Positions 48,659 to 60,848 of a stretch of 64,000 bases of DNA are shown here, in pieces (position 1 is the first letter of the stretch; every line of letters starts with the position of its first letter). Below the pieces are notes generated by a model that saw nothing but the letters and a program-made list of their open reading frames with translations, did not search any database and had not been told where the DNA came from. The stretch covers positions 549-64,548 of the forward strand of contig DASWDU010000011.1 in assembly GCA_036395115.1 (NCBI GenBank). Direction: 5' to 3'. This DNA comes from Thermoplasmata archaeon (GTDB lineage Archaea > Thermoplasmatota > Thermoplasmata > RBG-16-68-12). The position numbers were made by a program, and so were the translations under genes.

Positions 48659-49267
48659 GTGGCGTCGGAGGCGGTGGTCATCCTTTCGAGGCCCGAGCTA
48701 CCGGGCCGATTCGTGGCGGCCCTTCGCGACCTCCGGGCCGAGCCACATGCCGTGGCCACGGAGGCAGTCGCCTCGCAGACTCTGCGCTCCATCGTCGAGG
48801 CGCACCATGCGAATCGAATCGTCGTCGCGAACATCCCGGCGGCGCTTCGCTCCGTCGTGGCCGACGGCCTTCGAGGATTGGCCGTTCGCTTCCTCGACGA
48901 GGTCCCCGCGGAAGAGGTCGTGAGGACGTGCGCGGACGCGGACGTCGGCGTGACGTGGGCCGAGTTCGCGGTCGCGGACGATGGCGCGGTCGTCGAGGTC
49001 GCCCACGACGATTCGGCGCGGCTTGCCGCCTCCTTGCCGATCGTGCACATCGTCCTCATCCCGAGCGAGCGGTTGGTCCAGGGCGTCGGCGAAGGGATGG
49101 CGGCGGCCGGTGAGATTCTCCGTTCGAGCGCGCCGGGCCACCGACCCACGATCACGTTCATCTCGGGCCCGAGCCGGACCGGGGACATCGAGCTTCGCCT
49201 CCTGTACGGGGTCCACGGCCCGCATTCGCTCCACGTCATGATGCTCGACTGGTACCCCGGGAGGTAG
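48659..49267 (+). CDS. LutC/LUD domain protein
   Basis: ISGPSRTGDIELRLLYGVHGP signature. Confidence 0.88.
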   Translation: MASEAVVILSRPELPGRFVAALRDLRAEPHAVATEAVASQTLRSIVEAHHANRIVVANIPAALRSVVADGLRGLAVRFLDEVPAEEVVRTCADADVGVTWAEFAVADDGAVVEVAHDDSARLAASLPIVHIVLIPSERLVQGVGEGMAAAGEILRSSAPGHRPTITFISGPSRTGDIELRLLYGVHGPHSLHVMMLDWYPGR

Positions 49268-49355
49268 GAAGCTGCGGAAGGCGCGTCAGCGGCTCGCGGC
49301 GGAAGTCCGTCGGTCGATCGAACAGCCCGAGAGGATCGGAAAACTCTGGGAGGCG

Positions 49356-51380
49356 ATGGAGCGAGGTCGAGCGAACCGGGCCGCGACGATCCAGCAGGCC
49401 GGGCTCGACCTCCCGGCGTTTCGGGATCGCGTTCGATCGATCAAGGAGACGGCGGCCCACGATCCTTCGATCGCGGACGCCTTCGCCGATGCGGTCCGGG
49501 CGAACGGAGGACGCGTCTTCCTAGCGGCGACGGGCCGCGACGCGGTTCGGTACGTGCTTGACGTCTGCAGGGCCAACGCGGCGGACCTCCTCGTGAAGTC
49601 GAAGTCCCTCACGTCCGAGGAGATCGAGATGAACCAAGGCCTCGCGGCGGAGGGGATCCGCGCGATCGAGACGGACTTGGGTGAGCTGTTGTGCCAAGTG
49701 GCCGGGGAGAAGCCCTCCCACCTCGTCTTCCCGGCGATCCACATGACCTCGGACCGGATCGCCCGGATGCTCACGCAGGCCTACGGGGAGGCGATCGCCG
49801 CCGAACCGTCGAGCATCTTGTCCGCGGTCCGCGCGCGGCTCCGGCCGCTGTTCCTCGCGGCGAAGGTCGGCGTGACCGGAGCGAACATCGGCGTCGCGGA
49901 AACGGGATCCATCGTCGTCGAGACGAACGAGGGCAACGGCCGCCTCGTGACGAGCGTGCCCCGGGTTCACATCGCCCTCATCGGCCTCGAGAAGATCGTC
50001 CGCCGGTGGGAGGACGCCGCCGACCTCGTGCGCGGCCATGCGATCAGCGCGACCGGGCAACGCATGACGGTGTACGTATCGCTCATCTCCCAACGACAGG
50101 CGGTGACCGGAGACCCGATGGGAAGGGAATTCCATGTGATCATCCTGGACAACGGCCGCACGAAGATGCGGTCCGATCCCGCGTTCCAGGAGGCGCTCAA
50201 CTGCATCCGCTGTGGCGCGTGCATGAACGTCTGCCCGACGTACGGAGTCACGGGCGGCCACGTCTTCGGCCACATCTATCCGGGACCGATCGGCATCCCA
50301 TGGACCGCGAACGTCCACGGCCTCGAAGAGGCCGGGTTCGCACACCTCTGCGTCTCGTGCGGCCTGTGCCACGAAATCTGTCCGGTCGACATCGACATCC
50401 CGTGGATGATCGCAAAGGTGAAAGAACAAGACGTCGAAGCCCACGGCCAGCCGACCTCGGAGCGGTTCTTCATGGCCTCCGAGGCGTTCGCGAAAGTCGC
50501 GTGCCTCGCGGCGCCGCTCGCGAACGGCCTCCTCCGGGATGGTCCCGTGCGGACCCTCATGGAGTGGACCCTCGGCGTGGATCGGCGACGCACCCTGCCG
50601 TCCTTCGCGCGTCGGCCGTTGAGGGCTCGCTTCCGGGAGCGACCCGCTCGCGCGGGATCGGTCGGCAAAGTCGCATTCTTCCCCGACCTGTACGCGGAGT
50701 TCAATAACCCGGACTTGGGACTGCGGGCGATCGAACTCCTCGAACGCCTCGGGTACACGGTCGTCATCCCGGACGTGCGGTGGGGCGGGATGCCCTACGT
50801 CTCCTACGGCCGGCTCGGTAGGGCGTCGAAGGTCGCCGCGGAAAACCTGCGAGTCCTCGGTCCGCTCGTCGACGAGGGGTATGTCGTCGTCTCGACGGAG
50901 CCCACCGCGATTTACATGCTCCAAAAGGTATATCCGAAGCTCCTCGAAGGGGACGTCGCGGCGAAGGTCTCGGCGCGGTCCCGTGGGTTCTTCGAATTCG
51001 TCCAGGGGCGTCTCGGAGACTTGCCGCTGAGGCCGACCCGGGATGCGGCAGGGCTCGTCGGATTCCACATACCGTGCCACGACCGTGCGCTGTCCTCAGG
51101 CGCGCCCGCGATCCGGTTCCTCGAACGCGCGTCGTACCGCGTGCGGGTTGTGGAGACGGGCACGTGCTGCGGCATCGCGGGGACGTTCGGCATGAAACAC
51201 GGGTGGCTCGGCTATGAGCTGTCGATGGCGGTCGGAGAGAAGCTGTTCGATCAGTTCCGGGGGAGCGGCTGCGATCTCATCGCCACCGAGAGCAGCGTGT
51301 GCTCCCTCCAGTTGCACGACGGCCTGAGAGTCGATGTCCTGCATCCCCTCGACATGGTCGCGGTGGAGCCCAGCCGCTAG
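49356..51380 (+). CDS. LutB-like LUD + 2x[4Fe-4S] + CCG (GlcF/GlpC-like) fusion protein
   Basis: KSKSLTSEEI, ETDLGE, NEGNGR, CIRCGACMNVCP, CVSCGLCHEICP, HIPCH, CCGIAGTFG. Confidence 0.85.
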   Translation: MERGRANRAATIQQAGLDLPAFRDRVRSIKETAAHDPSIADAFADAVRANGGRVFLAATGRDAVRYVLDVCRANAADLLVKSKSLTSEEIEMNQGLAAEGIRAIETDLGELLCQVAGEKPSHLVFPAIHMTSDRIARMLTQAYGEAIAAEPSSILSAVRARLRPLFLAAKVGVTGANIGVAETGSIVVETNEGNGRLVTSVPRVHIALIGLEKIVRRWEDAADLVRGHAISATGQRMTVYVSLISQRQAVTGDPMGREFHVIILDNGRTKMRSDPAFQEALNCIRCGACMNVCPTYGVTGGHVFGHIYPGPIGIPWTANVHGLEEAGFAHLCVSCGLCHEICPVDIDIPWMIAKVKEQDVEAHGQPTSERFFMASEAFAKVACLAAPLANGLLRDGPVRTLMEWTLGVDRRRTLPSFARRPLRARFRERPARAGSVGKVAFFPDLYAEFNNPDLGLRAIELLERLGYTVVIPDVRWGGMPYVSYGRLGRASKVAAENLRVLGPLVDEGYVVVSTEPTAIYMLQKVYPKLLEGDVAAKVSARSRGFFEFVQGRLGDLPLRPTRDAAGLVGFHIPCHDRALSSGAPAIRFLERASYRVRVVETGTCCGIAGTFGMKHGWLGYELSMAVGEKLFDQFRGSGCDLIATESSVCSLQLHDGLRVDVLHPLDMVAVEPSR

Positions 51381-51406
51381 GCCGTCGCCTCCGTGTCCAC
51401 GGCCGG

Positions 51407-51733
51407 TCACGTCGACATGGTGCCGCGGTAAGCCTGGCACTCCGTACAGTACCACTGCCCGAGTTCGTCGACCCAGTGCAGGGGCCTGCCGCAGCCAGGA
51501 CAAGCGAAGGAGACCCACGGGGGCCGTCCGCCCGGGGCCCACGACGGCGGCCCGGCGGCGACGTAGATGACGATGGCGACGACCAAGGCCGCTATTCCGA
51601 GGACGAGCAAAAGCGGAGCGACGAGACCGGGGCTTTGGCCGCTAAGGAGACGGGTCACCGTGTAGAAGCCGCCCACGTAAAGGGCCATGAACCCAACCAG
51701 GCTGATTAGGACTCCATCTCCACGGGCGACCAT
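51407..51733 (-). CDS. Small 2-TM protein with C-terminal zinc ribbon
   Basis: CPGCGRPLHWVDELGQWYCTECQAY. Confidence 0.65.
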   Translation of the reverse strand: MVARGDGVLISLVGFMALYVGGFYTVTRLLSGQSPGLVAPLLLVLGIAALVVAIVIYVAAGPPSWAPGGRPPWVSFACPGCGRPLHWVDELGQWYCTECQAYRGTMST

Positions 51734-51886
51734 GGACAAGCCCCGCCGCCGAACACGCCTCGAGATTATCAACCGTGTGTGTTCGAAGGAGGGATTTCAC
51801 AAAGGGGCGGCCCGCCTCGTCCCTGGCTCGACCAAGCCGCGAGATATCTCCCGACCCACAGACGCGTCGCTGATTCGCTCGGCCTC

Positions 51887-53272
51887 TCAGGCCAGCTCGA
51901 CGTACTTCCCGGGATTCATGATTCCCTTCGGATCGAACAACCGCTTGATCTCTTTCATGAGCCGGAGGCCTTCCTGGCCTCCATGGGCCTCCATCTGCTC
52001 TCGCATGAGCGATGCCTTCTGAACTCCGATCCCGTGTTCCCCGGTCACCGTGCCTCCGACTCGAATCGCGTATCGACAGAGCTCCTCAAGTGCCGCCGTT
52101 GCCGCGCGTTGACTCGCGGGATTCGCGCGGTCGAACAGGATCGTCGGATGGACGTTCCCGTCCCCGGCGTGGCCGAGCGTCGGGATGCGAAGGCCGAGCC
52201 GACGGGCGGTCTCCTTCACGAGACCGAGGTATTCGGCCAAGCGCTCGATCGGGACCGTGACATCTTCGATTTGCACGCCGGACGCGAGTTCCTTGACGGC
52301 CAGATACGCGCGGCTCCGTGCGGAATAGAGGCGGCCCGCCTGCTCTTCGTCCGCGGCGCGGGTGAAGCCTCGCGCCCCGTGTGTCCGGAAGACCTCCTCC
52401 GCCGACGGGACGAGAGGCGCTTCCAGATCCACCAGGAGTGTGGCTTCCGCCTCCTCGAGGTCCATGCGGAACGCGGCGTTCACGGCCCTCACGGTCTCCA
52501 AGTCCATGAACTCCATGAGGTTCGCCGAGATTCGCCTCCGGCGGAGCTCTTGGATCGCACGGCCCGCGGACGGCCAATCGCCGAATGTGACGAGCATGCG
52601 GACGATCGGGACCGTGGGAAGGGGCAGGATCTTCAGGTAGGCCTCCGTCACGATTCCCAATGTCCCCTCGCTGCCGATCATCAGGTGGACAAGGTCGTAC
52701 CCTGCTCGGTTCTTCGCGAGAGGCTCGCCGAACATGGCCGTGCGGCCGTTCGCCAACACGACGCGGAGGGCGAGCACCCAGTCCCGCATCGTCCCATACC
52801 GGACGCACCGCATGCCTCCGGACCCCTCGGCAATCGCCCCGCCGGCCGTGCAGACGAAGCTGCTCGCGGGATCGGGCGGAAAGAAGAAGCCGTCCTTCCG
52901 GAGCGCGTCGTTGAGGTCGTCGAGGACGACCCCGGCCTGGACGTGGACGTACCAGTTCACCGGATCGACCTTGAGGATCCGGTTCAACCGGGTCACGTCG
53001 AGCACGATTCCTCCTTTCAGGACGACGGCCCCCGTGAGGCTCGTCCCCGCCCCGCGTGCCACGATCGGAATGCCTCGGCGGGACGCCACCTTGACGATCC
53101 GCACGATTTCGTCTTCCGTCCCGGGACGGACGACGGCGCTCGGGACGGCTTCGAAGTCGGCCATGTCCCTTTGGTAGGCACCGAGGGCGGCCTCATCGGT
53201 CACGATGTGTTCCGTACCGACAATCGTCGACAACTCCTCGGCCAAACCTTTTCGGGCAGTTCGCGCGGGCAT
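51887..53272 (-). CDS. glcD: FAD-linked oxidase, glycolate/D-lactate dehydrogenase GlcD family
   Basis: RGAGTSLTG, FFPPDPAS, GSEGTLG, GHAGDGNVHP, GEHGIG, FDPKGIMNPGK. Confidence 0.85.
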   Translation of the reverse strand: MPARTARKGLAEELSTIVGTEHIVTDEAALGAYQRDMADFEAVPSAVVRPGTEDEIVRIVKVASRRGIPIVARGAGTSLTGAVVLKGGIVLDVTRLNRILKVDPVNWYVHVQAGVVLDDLNDALRKDGFFFPPDPASSFVCTAGGAIAEGSGGMRCVRYGTMRDWVLALRVVLANGRTAMFGEPLAKNRAGYDLVHLMIGSEGTLGIVTEAYLKILPLPTVPIVRMLVTFGDWPSAGRAIQELRRRRISANLMEFMDLETVRAVNAAFRMDLEEAEATLLVDLEAPLVPSAEEVFRTHGARGFTRAADEEQAGRLYSARSRAYLAVKELASGVQIEDVTVPIERLAEYLGLVKETARRLGLRIPTLGHAGDGNVHPTILFDRANPASQRAATAALEELCRYAIRVGGTVTGEHGIGVQKASLMREQMEAHGGQEGLRLMKEIKRLFDPKGIMNPGKYVELA

Positions 53273-53530
53273 CGAACGCGAATGGCCTTGAAGTCGTGAA
53301 AAGCCTTGGTGTACGCTTGGCCCCGGTAGGACTCAGGCGGGCCCGCAGGCTCCATCGGTCGTCGTAGGGGCCTTGGCGGCACTCGCGCGGGACCGATAGG
53401 TTGAAAAATGCCCATGCCATGCCGGCGCACGGGAGGAGGTCGAACGGCCTCGAAGGGCGTTTGTCGCCCGGCTTGTGAACTCCGAGTGTCGGTCGCTTGC
53501 GCTCCCGCACCGTGAATCGGGGTTGGTTCT

Positions 53531-55075
53531 GTGGTCGAAACGGAAGTCCTCGAGGAGGGGCAGGAGACGATGCCCGGTACGGAAACCGTCCAGATCGGCG
53601 TGAGTCGACCGCCGCTCCCTGTGACGGACCTCCCGACGCCGGAGGAAGCGTTCAACATCAAGGGTCCGATCACGCCGGGGAAAGTCATCCGATACATCAT
53701 CGGTCCGAGCCTGATCGCGCTCGGGGTGTCGATCGGCAGCGGGGAATGGCTGATCGGCCCGTTTAACGTCGGGACGAAGGGGTTCGTCGGGATTCTCTGG
53801 GTCGTCCTCGTATCCGCCCTCCTGCAAGTCTTCTACAACGTCGAACTCGCGCGGTTCACGATCGCAACCGGGGAGTCGCCCGCCATCGCGTTCGGCCGTG
53901 TCCCGCCCGGCTTTTGGTTATGGATCCCATTGGCGGTGTTCCTCTACTGGCTGGCGTTCATCTGGGGCGGATGGGCCTCGGGTGCGGGCCAGAGCCTGTT
54001 CGTCCTGATTTACAACCGCTTGCCGGCGTCCTCGGAAGCGATCGTATCGAGATCGCTCGGTGCCGGCCTCCTGTTCCTCATTATGGGAATCGTACTGTTC
54101 GGTAAGAAAATCTCGCGCACGATGGAAATCGCGAACTGGATCATGGTCGCGTTCATCTTGTTCTCCGTCGTCAGCCTCGTCGTGCTCCTTGTCCCCGCGG
54201 AGTTCTCGGCGAGTGCGTTCGCCGCGATGGTGACGCCGGCCGCTCCTCCCTCCGGAACGACGGCCACGGACCTCGGCGCCCTCGCCGGGTTCACTGCCAC
54301 CGCGAGCGGGGTGAACTACTTCATCATCAGCTATTATCGAGACAAAGGGTACGGCATGGGGCACCGGGTCGGCTACATCGCCGCGCTCGTCGGAGGCAAG
54401 CAGGAGAAGCTGCTCGCCTCAGGGTTGACGTTCCCGGCCGATGCGAAGAACACGGCAATCTGGAAGCGCTGGTTCAAGTATCTCCTGATTGACCAGTGGG
54501 GCGTATTCTTCACGGGTGCAATCGTCGGCATGATGATGCCCGTGATCCTCGTCGGATACCTGAGCCAGCAATCGGGCGTTGCGCCGACCAGAGCAGGAAT
54601 GCCCGTGTACGCCGGGAGTCAGATCACCGCCCTCTACGGGCCGTTCTTGGGGAATTGGGCCTATATCGTCGGCTTCTTCATCCTCTTCAGCACGCAGATG
54701 GTCGTCTTCGAGGCCTTGGTTCGGCAGTTCGTCGACGGCGCCCACGCGATGAGTCCGAAGTTCCGGAAGTTCACGCGGGAGGACCCGCGCCGGTTCTACT
54801 ATCCCTTCATGCTCGGACTCGCCACCCTCATTTCAATCATCGTCATCTTCGGGGCGAACCCGCTCGATTTGGTGAACCAGTCTGCGAACTTTTCGAACCT
54901 GGCCTCCCTGATCGTCCCGTTCGCGGTGATTTACCTCAACCGTAGGCTGCCGGCGCCAGCGCGGATGAAGTGGTGGTCGTACGTGGTCCTCATCCTGAAC
55001 GTGATCTTCTTCGGGTTCTTCTTCATCAACTTCGCCTTCGAGAGGATCACGGGGAGCGCGCTGGTCAAGTTCTGA
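53531..55075 (+). CDS. NRAMP-like (APC superfamily) membrane transporter
   Basis: IGPSLIALGVSIGSGEWL, LQVFYNVELARFTIATGE; about 11-12 TMs; lacks the canonical MntH DPGN motif. Confidence 0.72.
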   Translation: MVETEVLEEGQETMPGTETVQIGVSRPPLPVTDLPTPEEAFNIKGPITPGKVIRYIIGPSLIALGVSIGSGEWLIGPFNVGTKGFVGILWVVLVSALLQVFYNVELARFTIATGESPAIAFGRVPPGFWLWIPLAVFLYWLAFIWGGWASGAGQSLFVLIYNRLPASSEAIVSRSLGAGLLFLIMGIVLFGKKISRTMEIANWIMVAFILFSVVSLVVLLVPAEFSASAFAAMVTPAAPPSGTTATDLGALAGFTATASGVNYFIISYYRDKGYGMGHRVGYIAALVGGKQEKLLASGLTFPADAKNTAIWKRWFKYLLIDQWGVFFTGAIVGMMMPVILVGYLSQQSGVAPTRAGMPVYAGSQITALYGPFLGNWAYIVGFFILFSTQMVVFEALVRQFVDGAHAMSPKFRKFTREDPRRFYYPFMLGLATLISIIVIFGANPLDLVNQSANFSNLASLIVPFAVIYLNRRLPAPARMKWWSYVVLILNVIFFGFFFINFAFERITGSALVKF

Positions 55076-55205
55076 GGACCTGATTGTCGACGGGAAGGCG
55101 TACGCGCCCTTCCCCCGGAGCCCTACGAGTCCGCAACAGGGCCCGGCCGAACGGAGTGTCCATGTAGGCCGAGTCCGCTTGTTCGGAACACGCGGAGGAT
55201 AGCGG

Positions 55206-56593
55206 ATGAGCGCCGGCAAGTCCAATGGTCGAAGTCGGGGATGGGGCCTGAACGTCGAGCTCCTCGCGACGAACGCGACGAACTCAGTCCTTCGCTCCTT
55301 GCGACGCGATGCCTTAGAGATCCTCCGACACGCCCTCGATGACGTCGATCCGGAACAGGCCGTCGCCACCGTGATTGAGCGGCGCGGCGATTACTTGTAC
55401 GTCCTTGGTAAACAGGTCCCCATCGTCGCGAGACCAATTTATGTGTTAGCGATCGGAAAAGCGTCAACCCGGATGGCAAAGGGCGTCCTCCGCGTCCTCC
55501 GACCCGAGTCGGGCCTCCTCGTTGCAGAGAAGGCCCCGTCTCCCGCTTTGGAAGGCTTCCAAACCGTCCTCGCGTCCCACCCTCTGCCCGACGAAGGGAG
55601 CTTGAGGGCGGGCGAGGCCGCCCTGCGGATCGCAGACGGACTTCGGCCCGGCGATGTACTCATCGTCCTTCTGTCAGGTGGGGCGAGCGCGATGTTCGAA
55701 GCATCTCGTGTGCCGCTGGGCGACCTCCGCGACGCAAATACTCAGATGCTGCGGAGCGGCTTGGACGTTCGGGACCTGAACGAGGTGCGAAAAGGTCTCT
55801 CCGATGTCAAGGGTGGACGGCTCGCCGAGCGGGCGGCGGGTCGTGGCGCCACCGTTGTCGGGTTGATCCTCTCCGATATCGTCGGGAGTCCAATCGAGGA
55901 TATCGGGTCCGGGCCCACGGCCCCCGGTTCGTCCCGTGGCGAACGGGCGAAGGAGATCCTCGTTCGGCACGGGCTATGGGATCGGATGCCCGTCTCCGTG
56001 CGGCACAGCCTAGCCGAGGCGGCGAGCGCGACGAGACCCCGACTGTCGGCGCCGACGGCTGTTCACAATTTCATCGTCGCAGACAACGTGCGCGCGTGTG
56101 AAGCCGCACGACGGGAAGCGGAGCGCCGCGGGTATGCCGCGCACATCTTGACGACGTCGTTGGAGGGCGAGGCTCGCCAGGTGGGCCCCGTCCTGGCCGC
56201 CGATGCGATTCGGTGGAAGCCACGCGCTCGACGGATAGCAGTCGTCGCCGGGGGCGAGACGACCGTCACGGTCCGTGGCAGGGGCCTGGGTGGGCGCAAC
56301 CAAGAGCTCGCTCTCGCGGCCGCCCGAATTCTGGAGGGCCGGTCTGCCGTCCTCCTCTCCTGCGGGACCGACGGGGCCGACGGGAACACGGACGCGGCCG
56401 GCGCGATCGCGGATGGCGAGACGATGTCGAGAGCGCGGTCCCTGCGGCTCGATCCGAAAAAGTTCCTCGAGGCGAACGACTCATTCGCATTCTTCCAGGC
56501 TCTCGGGGACCTGATCGTCACGGGTCCGACCGGAACGAACGTCGCGGACATCCAGATCGTCCTCGAGGACCGATCACGCCCACTTCCTGGCGG

Positions 56594-56606
<13 letters not shown>
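55206..56606 (+). CDS. Glycerate 2-kinase (MOFRL family)
   Basis: [57 protein letters not shown]; start uncertain. Confidence 0.9.
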
Positions 56607-58222
<1,616 letters not shown>

Positions 58223-58622
58223 CTATGCCGAGACTCGGCTATGTTCCTTTGTGTTGCCGTTACACAGATGCGTTCGGCCGTGTCCATGGAAGTGTGGGGA
58301 GAGGTCGATGAGGGTGAAAATGGCCGGCGCCTATGCTAGAACTTCGGTCGCCACGTTCACTCGCCTCCACCTGAGAGACTGAAGGGAGTCTTCTCACCAG
58401 AGCGAGGGTGGAGCCGTTGGTGTTACTAGCACCCGCAGCCCTGCTTGGTCGATGGTATGAGCTTCAGGCGCGGCTCTTCAGGGCTCGAATGTCCGTCAGC
58501 CCTTGGCCATCACCGTGGTTCGACGTGAACGTTGGGGCCCATTCAAGCGTCGCTGACAAAACAGTTAAGCGCACAACAGAAATCGGGTCCTCGAACCGTT
58601 CAGAAAAAAAGGAGGGGGTTGC

Positions 58623-60848
58623 TTGAGAAGGACGTTCTCTCTCGTCGCGTGCATCGGACTGATGGCGGTCTTGACGGTATCGAGCTCGGACGCGCGCGCC
58701 TCGTCGGGCACCACCGATGGTCCCGCCATCAGCCCCTCGTCAACGGGGCTCGGCATCTTGATCCTCGACGCCACCGTCCTCGGCGGCAATACCAGCGTCG
58801 AGGCGGAGCAAGCCCAGGACCTCGGCTTTGCGGTGACCGTTGTGGACGACGCGACGTGGAGTATCATGAGCGAAGACGACTTCGCCGCCTACGATGCGAT
58901 CGTCCTCGGCGACCGCGTATGTGCAAGTTCGAGCCGCCTTGCCGCGGCCGAGGCCAACGTGGGCGTCTGGTCCGCCGCCGTCACCGGCAACGTCGTCCTC
59001 GTGGGCACCGACCCGGTGTTCCACATCCGCAATTATCCCTTCACACCTGCAGGCACCCAACTCACCCGGAACGCAATCCGGTACGCCGCGAGCCAAGCCG
59101 GTCACACCGGGCTCTACCTCTCGTTGAGTTGCTATTATGCGAACGCCCCCCCGCTCACGCCGGTGCCCGTGCTCGATGGGTTCGGCAACTTCGCCGTCGA
59201 GGGCCAAGGGAACTGTCCCAACACCGTGGAAATCGTGGATCCCACTAATCCCGTCTTTGACGGGTTGAGCAACGACAGCTTATCGAACTGGTCGTGCTCG
59301 GTCCACGAGGCGTTCGACGCCTGGCCGCTGGACTTCCAGGTCCTGGCCAGGGCGCCCGAGATCAATGACAGCCCGTACATCCTCGGCCGGGGGGCCGCCG
59401 CGCCGACGCCGTCCTGCGGGGGTCCGACGATCCCGCTTCCCGGGTCCGGGTTCTGGGTCGGGTTCCGCTGGAGCTTCTCGTACTTCGTCTCCCTCAACGA
59501 CGGCCTCGTCGTCCGGGACGTCACGCTCGCCACGCGCTACATGGCCGTGCAGATGAGCATGCCGTACTACTACGTGCAGACGAGTGCCTTCGGCCTCACC
59601 CGTGGGGAGCTCAAGCCGGACAGCAACGACACGACCGCCCGCAGCCGGCTGGTCGGATTCGTGTCGACCGCGAACGACGAACACATCACCGTGAAGGCCA
59701 CGTACGCTGTGGACCGCATCCCGCCCGGGTCTGATAGCTGCCTGATCATCGTGCAGACGTACGAGTTTCACAAGGAACTGGGCAATGGCGGCTGCGAGCC
59801 GACCAACTCGATACCGGCGCCACTGAAAAACCCTTCCTTGCCCTGCAATCTTTGGAAGTTCCAAGTGAGCTACGGGTTCGCCGGTGCCAACGGGGAGACG
59901 CTCACCTCGATCAACGTGCCCCTACGGATGCACTTCCGCGACGAGAACCGAATCGGCAACAACGCCTCCACGTACCAGGATAGGGACTCGTTCATCCCTC
60001 CGACGCCCATCGAGAAAAGCCAGTCGATTCTCGAAGAGTCGAGCTTCCGCGCGATCGTCCAAGGCGACAAGGGCACTTGGGACAACTATCACCAGACCTA
60101 CCGAGCCAAAGTGACGGAACCGACGGGACTCCCCGTCGTAGGGCCCGGCTGCCCCGAGTGCATCCACATCCACTGGCGGTGGGGATACCCCGCAGGCTTC
60201 TTCAACGCCTCGTACGGCGGCCACTGCGAACTCTGGGCGTCCGACTGCACCGCTGGCGCCCCGATGATCCCCAAGGATTCCAACCAAGATGTGGAGTTCG
60301 CGGTCGTGCGCTACCATCCGGGCGAGGAAGATCCGCCGGACTTCCACCCCTTGATGAATCGCGAGACCTTGCGGAACCAAGACATGGTCTTCTGGTACTC
60401 TGCGACGGGCTACCACGACCACGACACGTTCTTCCAGCACGGCGGCTTCTTCTCCACTCTGAGCCGCTTCGCTGACTTGGCCTTGACAGGCTCCGCGTAC
60501 CCCGGCCCGGTGACGGCCGGGGACGTGTTGACGTACACCTTCACCATCACAAACAACGGCCCGACTAAAGCCACCCGTGTCGTCCTCACAGACGTGTGGT
60601 CGGTCGGGGTGGCGTCCTTCGAGCCGACCGGGTCGAGTGACAGTTGCAAGGTCGCCCCTGGGGCGCCAGAGGTCGACTGCGACCTGGGCAGCATCCCGAG
60701 CGGGCAGTCGCGCACCATCACCGTCGTTCTCCACACGGCCGTCGCTGCACAAATCAGGAACGACGCATCCGTCGAGTCGCCCGGGGAAGTGGATCAGAAC
60801 CCAAACAACAACCAAATCACCCTGTTGACCCAGATCGTGGCCCCCTGA
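58623..60848 (+). CDS. Secreted multidomain protein with copper-amine-oxidase-like segment and C-terminal DUF11 domain
   Basis: Signal peptide; DUF11-type ADLALT...LTYTFTITNNGP..AT.VVLTD; central segments resembling CAO motifs; GGAGG RBS before the TTG start. Confidence 0.6.
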   Translation: MRRTFSLVACIGLMAVLTVSSSDARASSGTTDGPAISPSSTGLGILILDATVLGGNTSVEAEQAQDLGFAVTVVDDATWSIMSEDDFAAYDAIVLGDRVCASSSRLAAAEANVGVWSAAVTGNVVLVGTDPVFHIRNYPFTPAGTQLTRNAIRYAASQAGHTGLYLSLSCYYANAPPLTPVPVLDGFGNFAVEGQGNCPNTVEIVDPTNPVFDGLSNDSLSNWSCSVHEAFDAWPLDFQVLARAPEINDSPYILGRGAAAPTPSCGGPTIPLPGSGFWVGFRWSFSYFVSLNDGLVVRDVTLATRYMAVQMSMPYYYVQTSAFGLTRGELKPDSNDTTARSRLVGFVSTANDEHITVKATYAVDRIPPGSDSCLIIVQTYEFHKELGNGGCEPTNSIPAPLKNPSLPCNLWKFQVSYGFAGANGETLTSINVPLRMHFRDENRIGNNASTYQDRDSFIPPTPIEKSQSILEESSFRAIVQGDKGTWDNYHQTYRAKVTEPTGLPVVGPGCPECIHIHWRWGYPAGFFNASYGGHCELWASDCTAGAPMIPKDSNQDVEFAVVRYHPGEEDPPDFHPLMNRETLRNQDMVFWYSATGYHDHDTFFQHGGFFSTLSRFADLALTGSAYPGPVTAGDVLTYTFTITNNGPTKATRVVLTDVWSVGVASFEPTGSSDSCKVAPGAPEVDCDLGSIPSGQSRTITVVLHTAVAAQIRNDASVESPGEVDQNPNNNQITLLTQIVAP

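Noticed and set aside
53531..55075. Canonical MntH manganese transporter
   Set aside because: No DPGN or MPH metal-binding motifs; only the NRAMP-like fold is supported.
58408..58626. 72-aa ORF upstream of the exoprotein
   Set aside because: No motif, atypical codon usage, and it overlaps the likely promoter and RBS of 58623.
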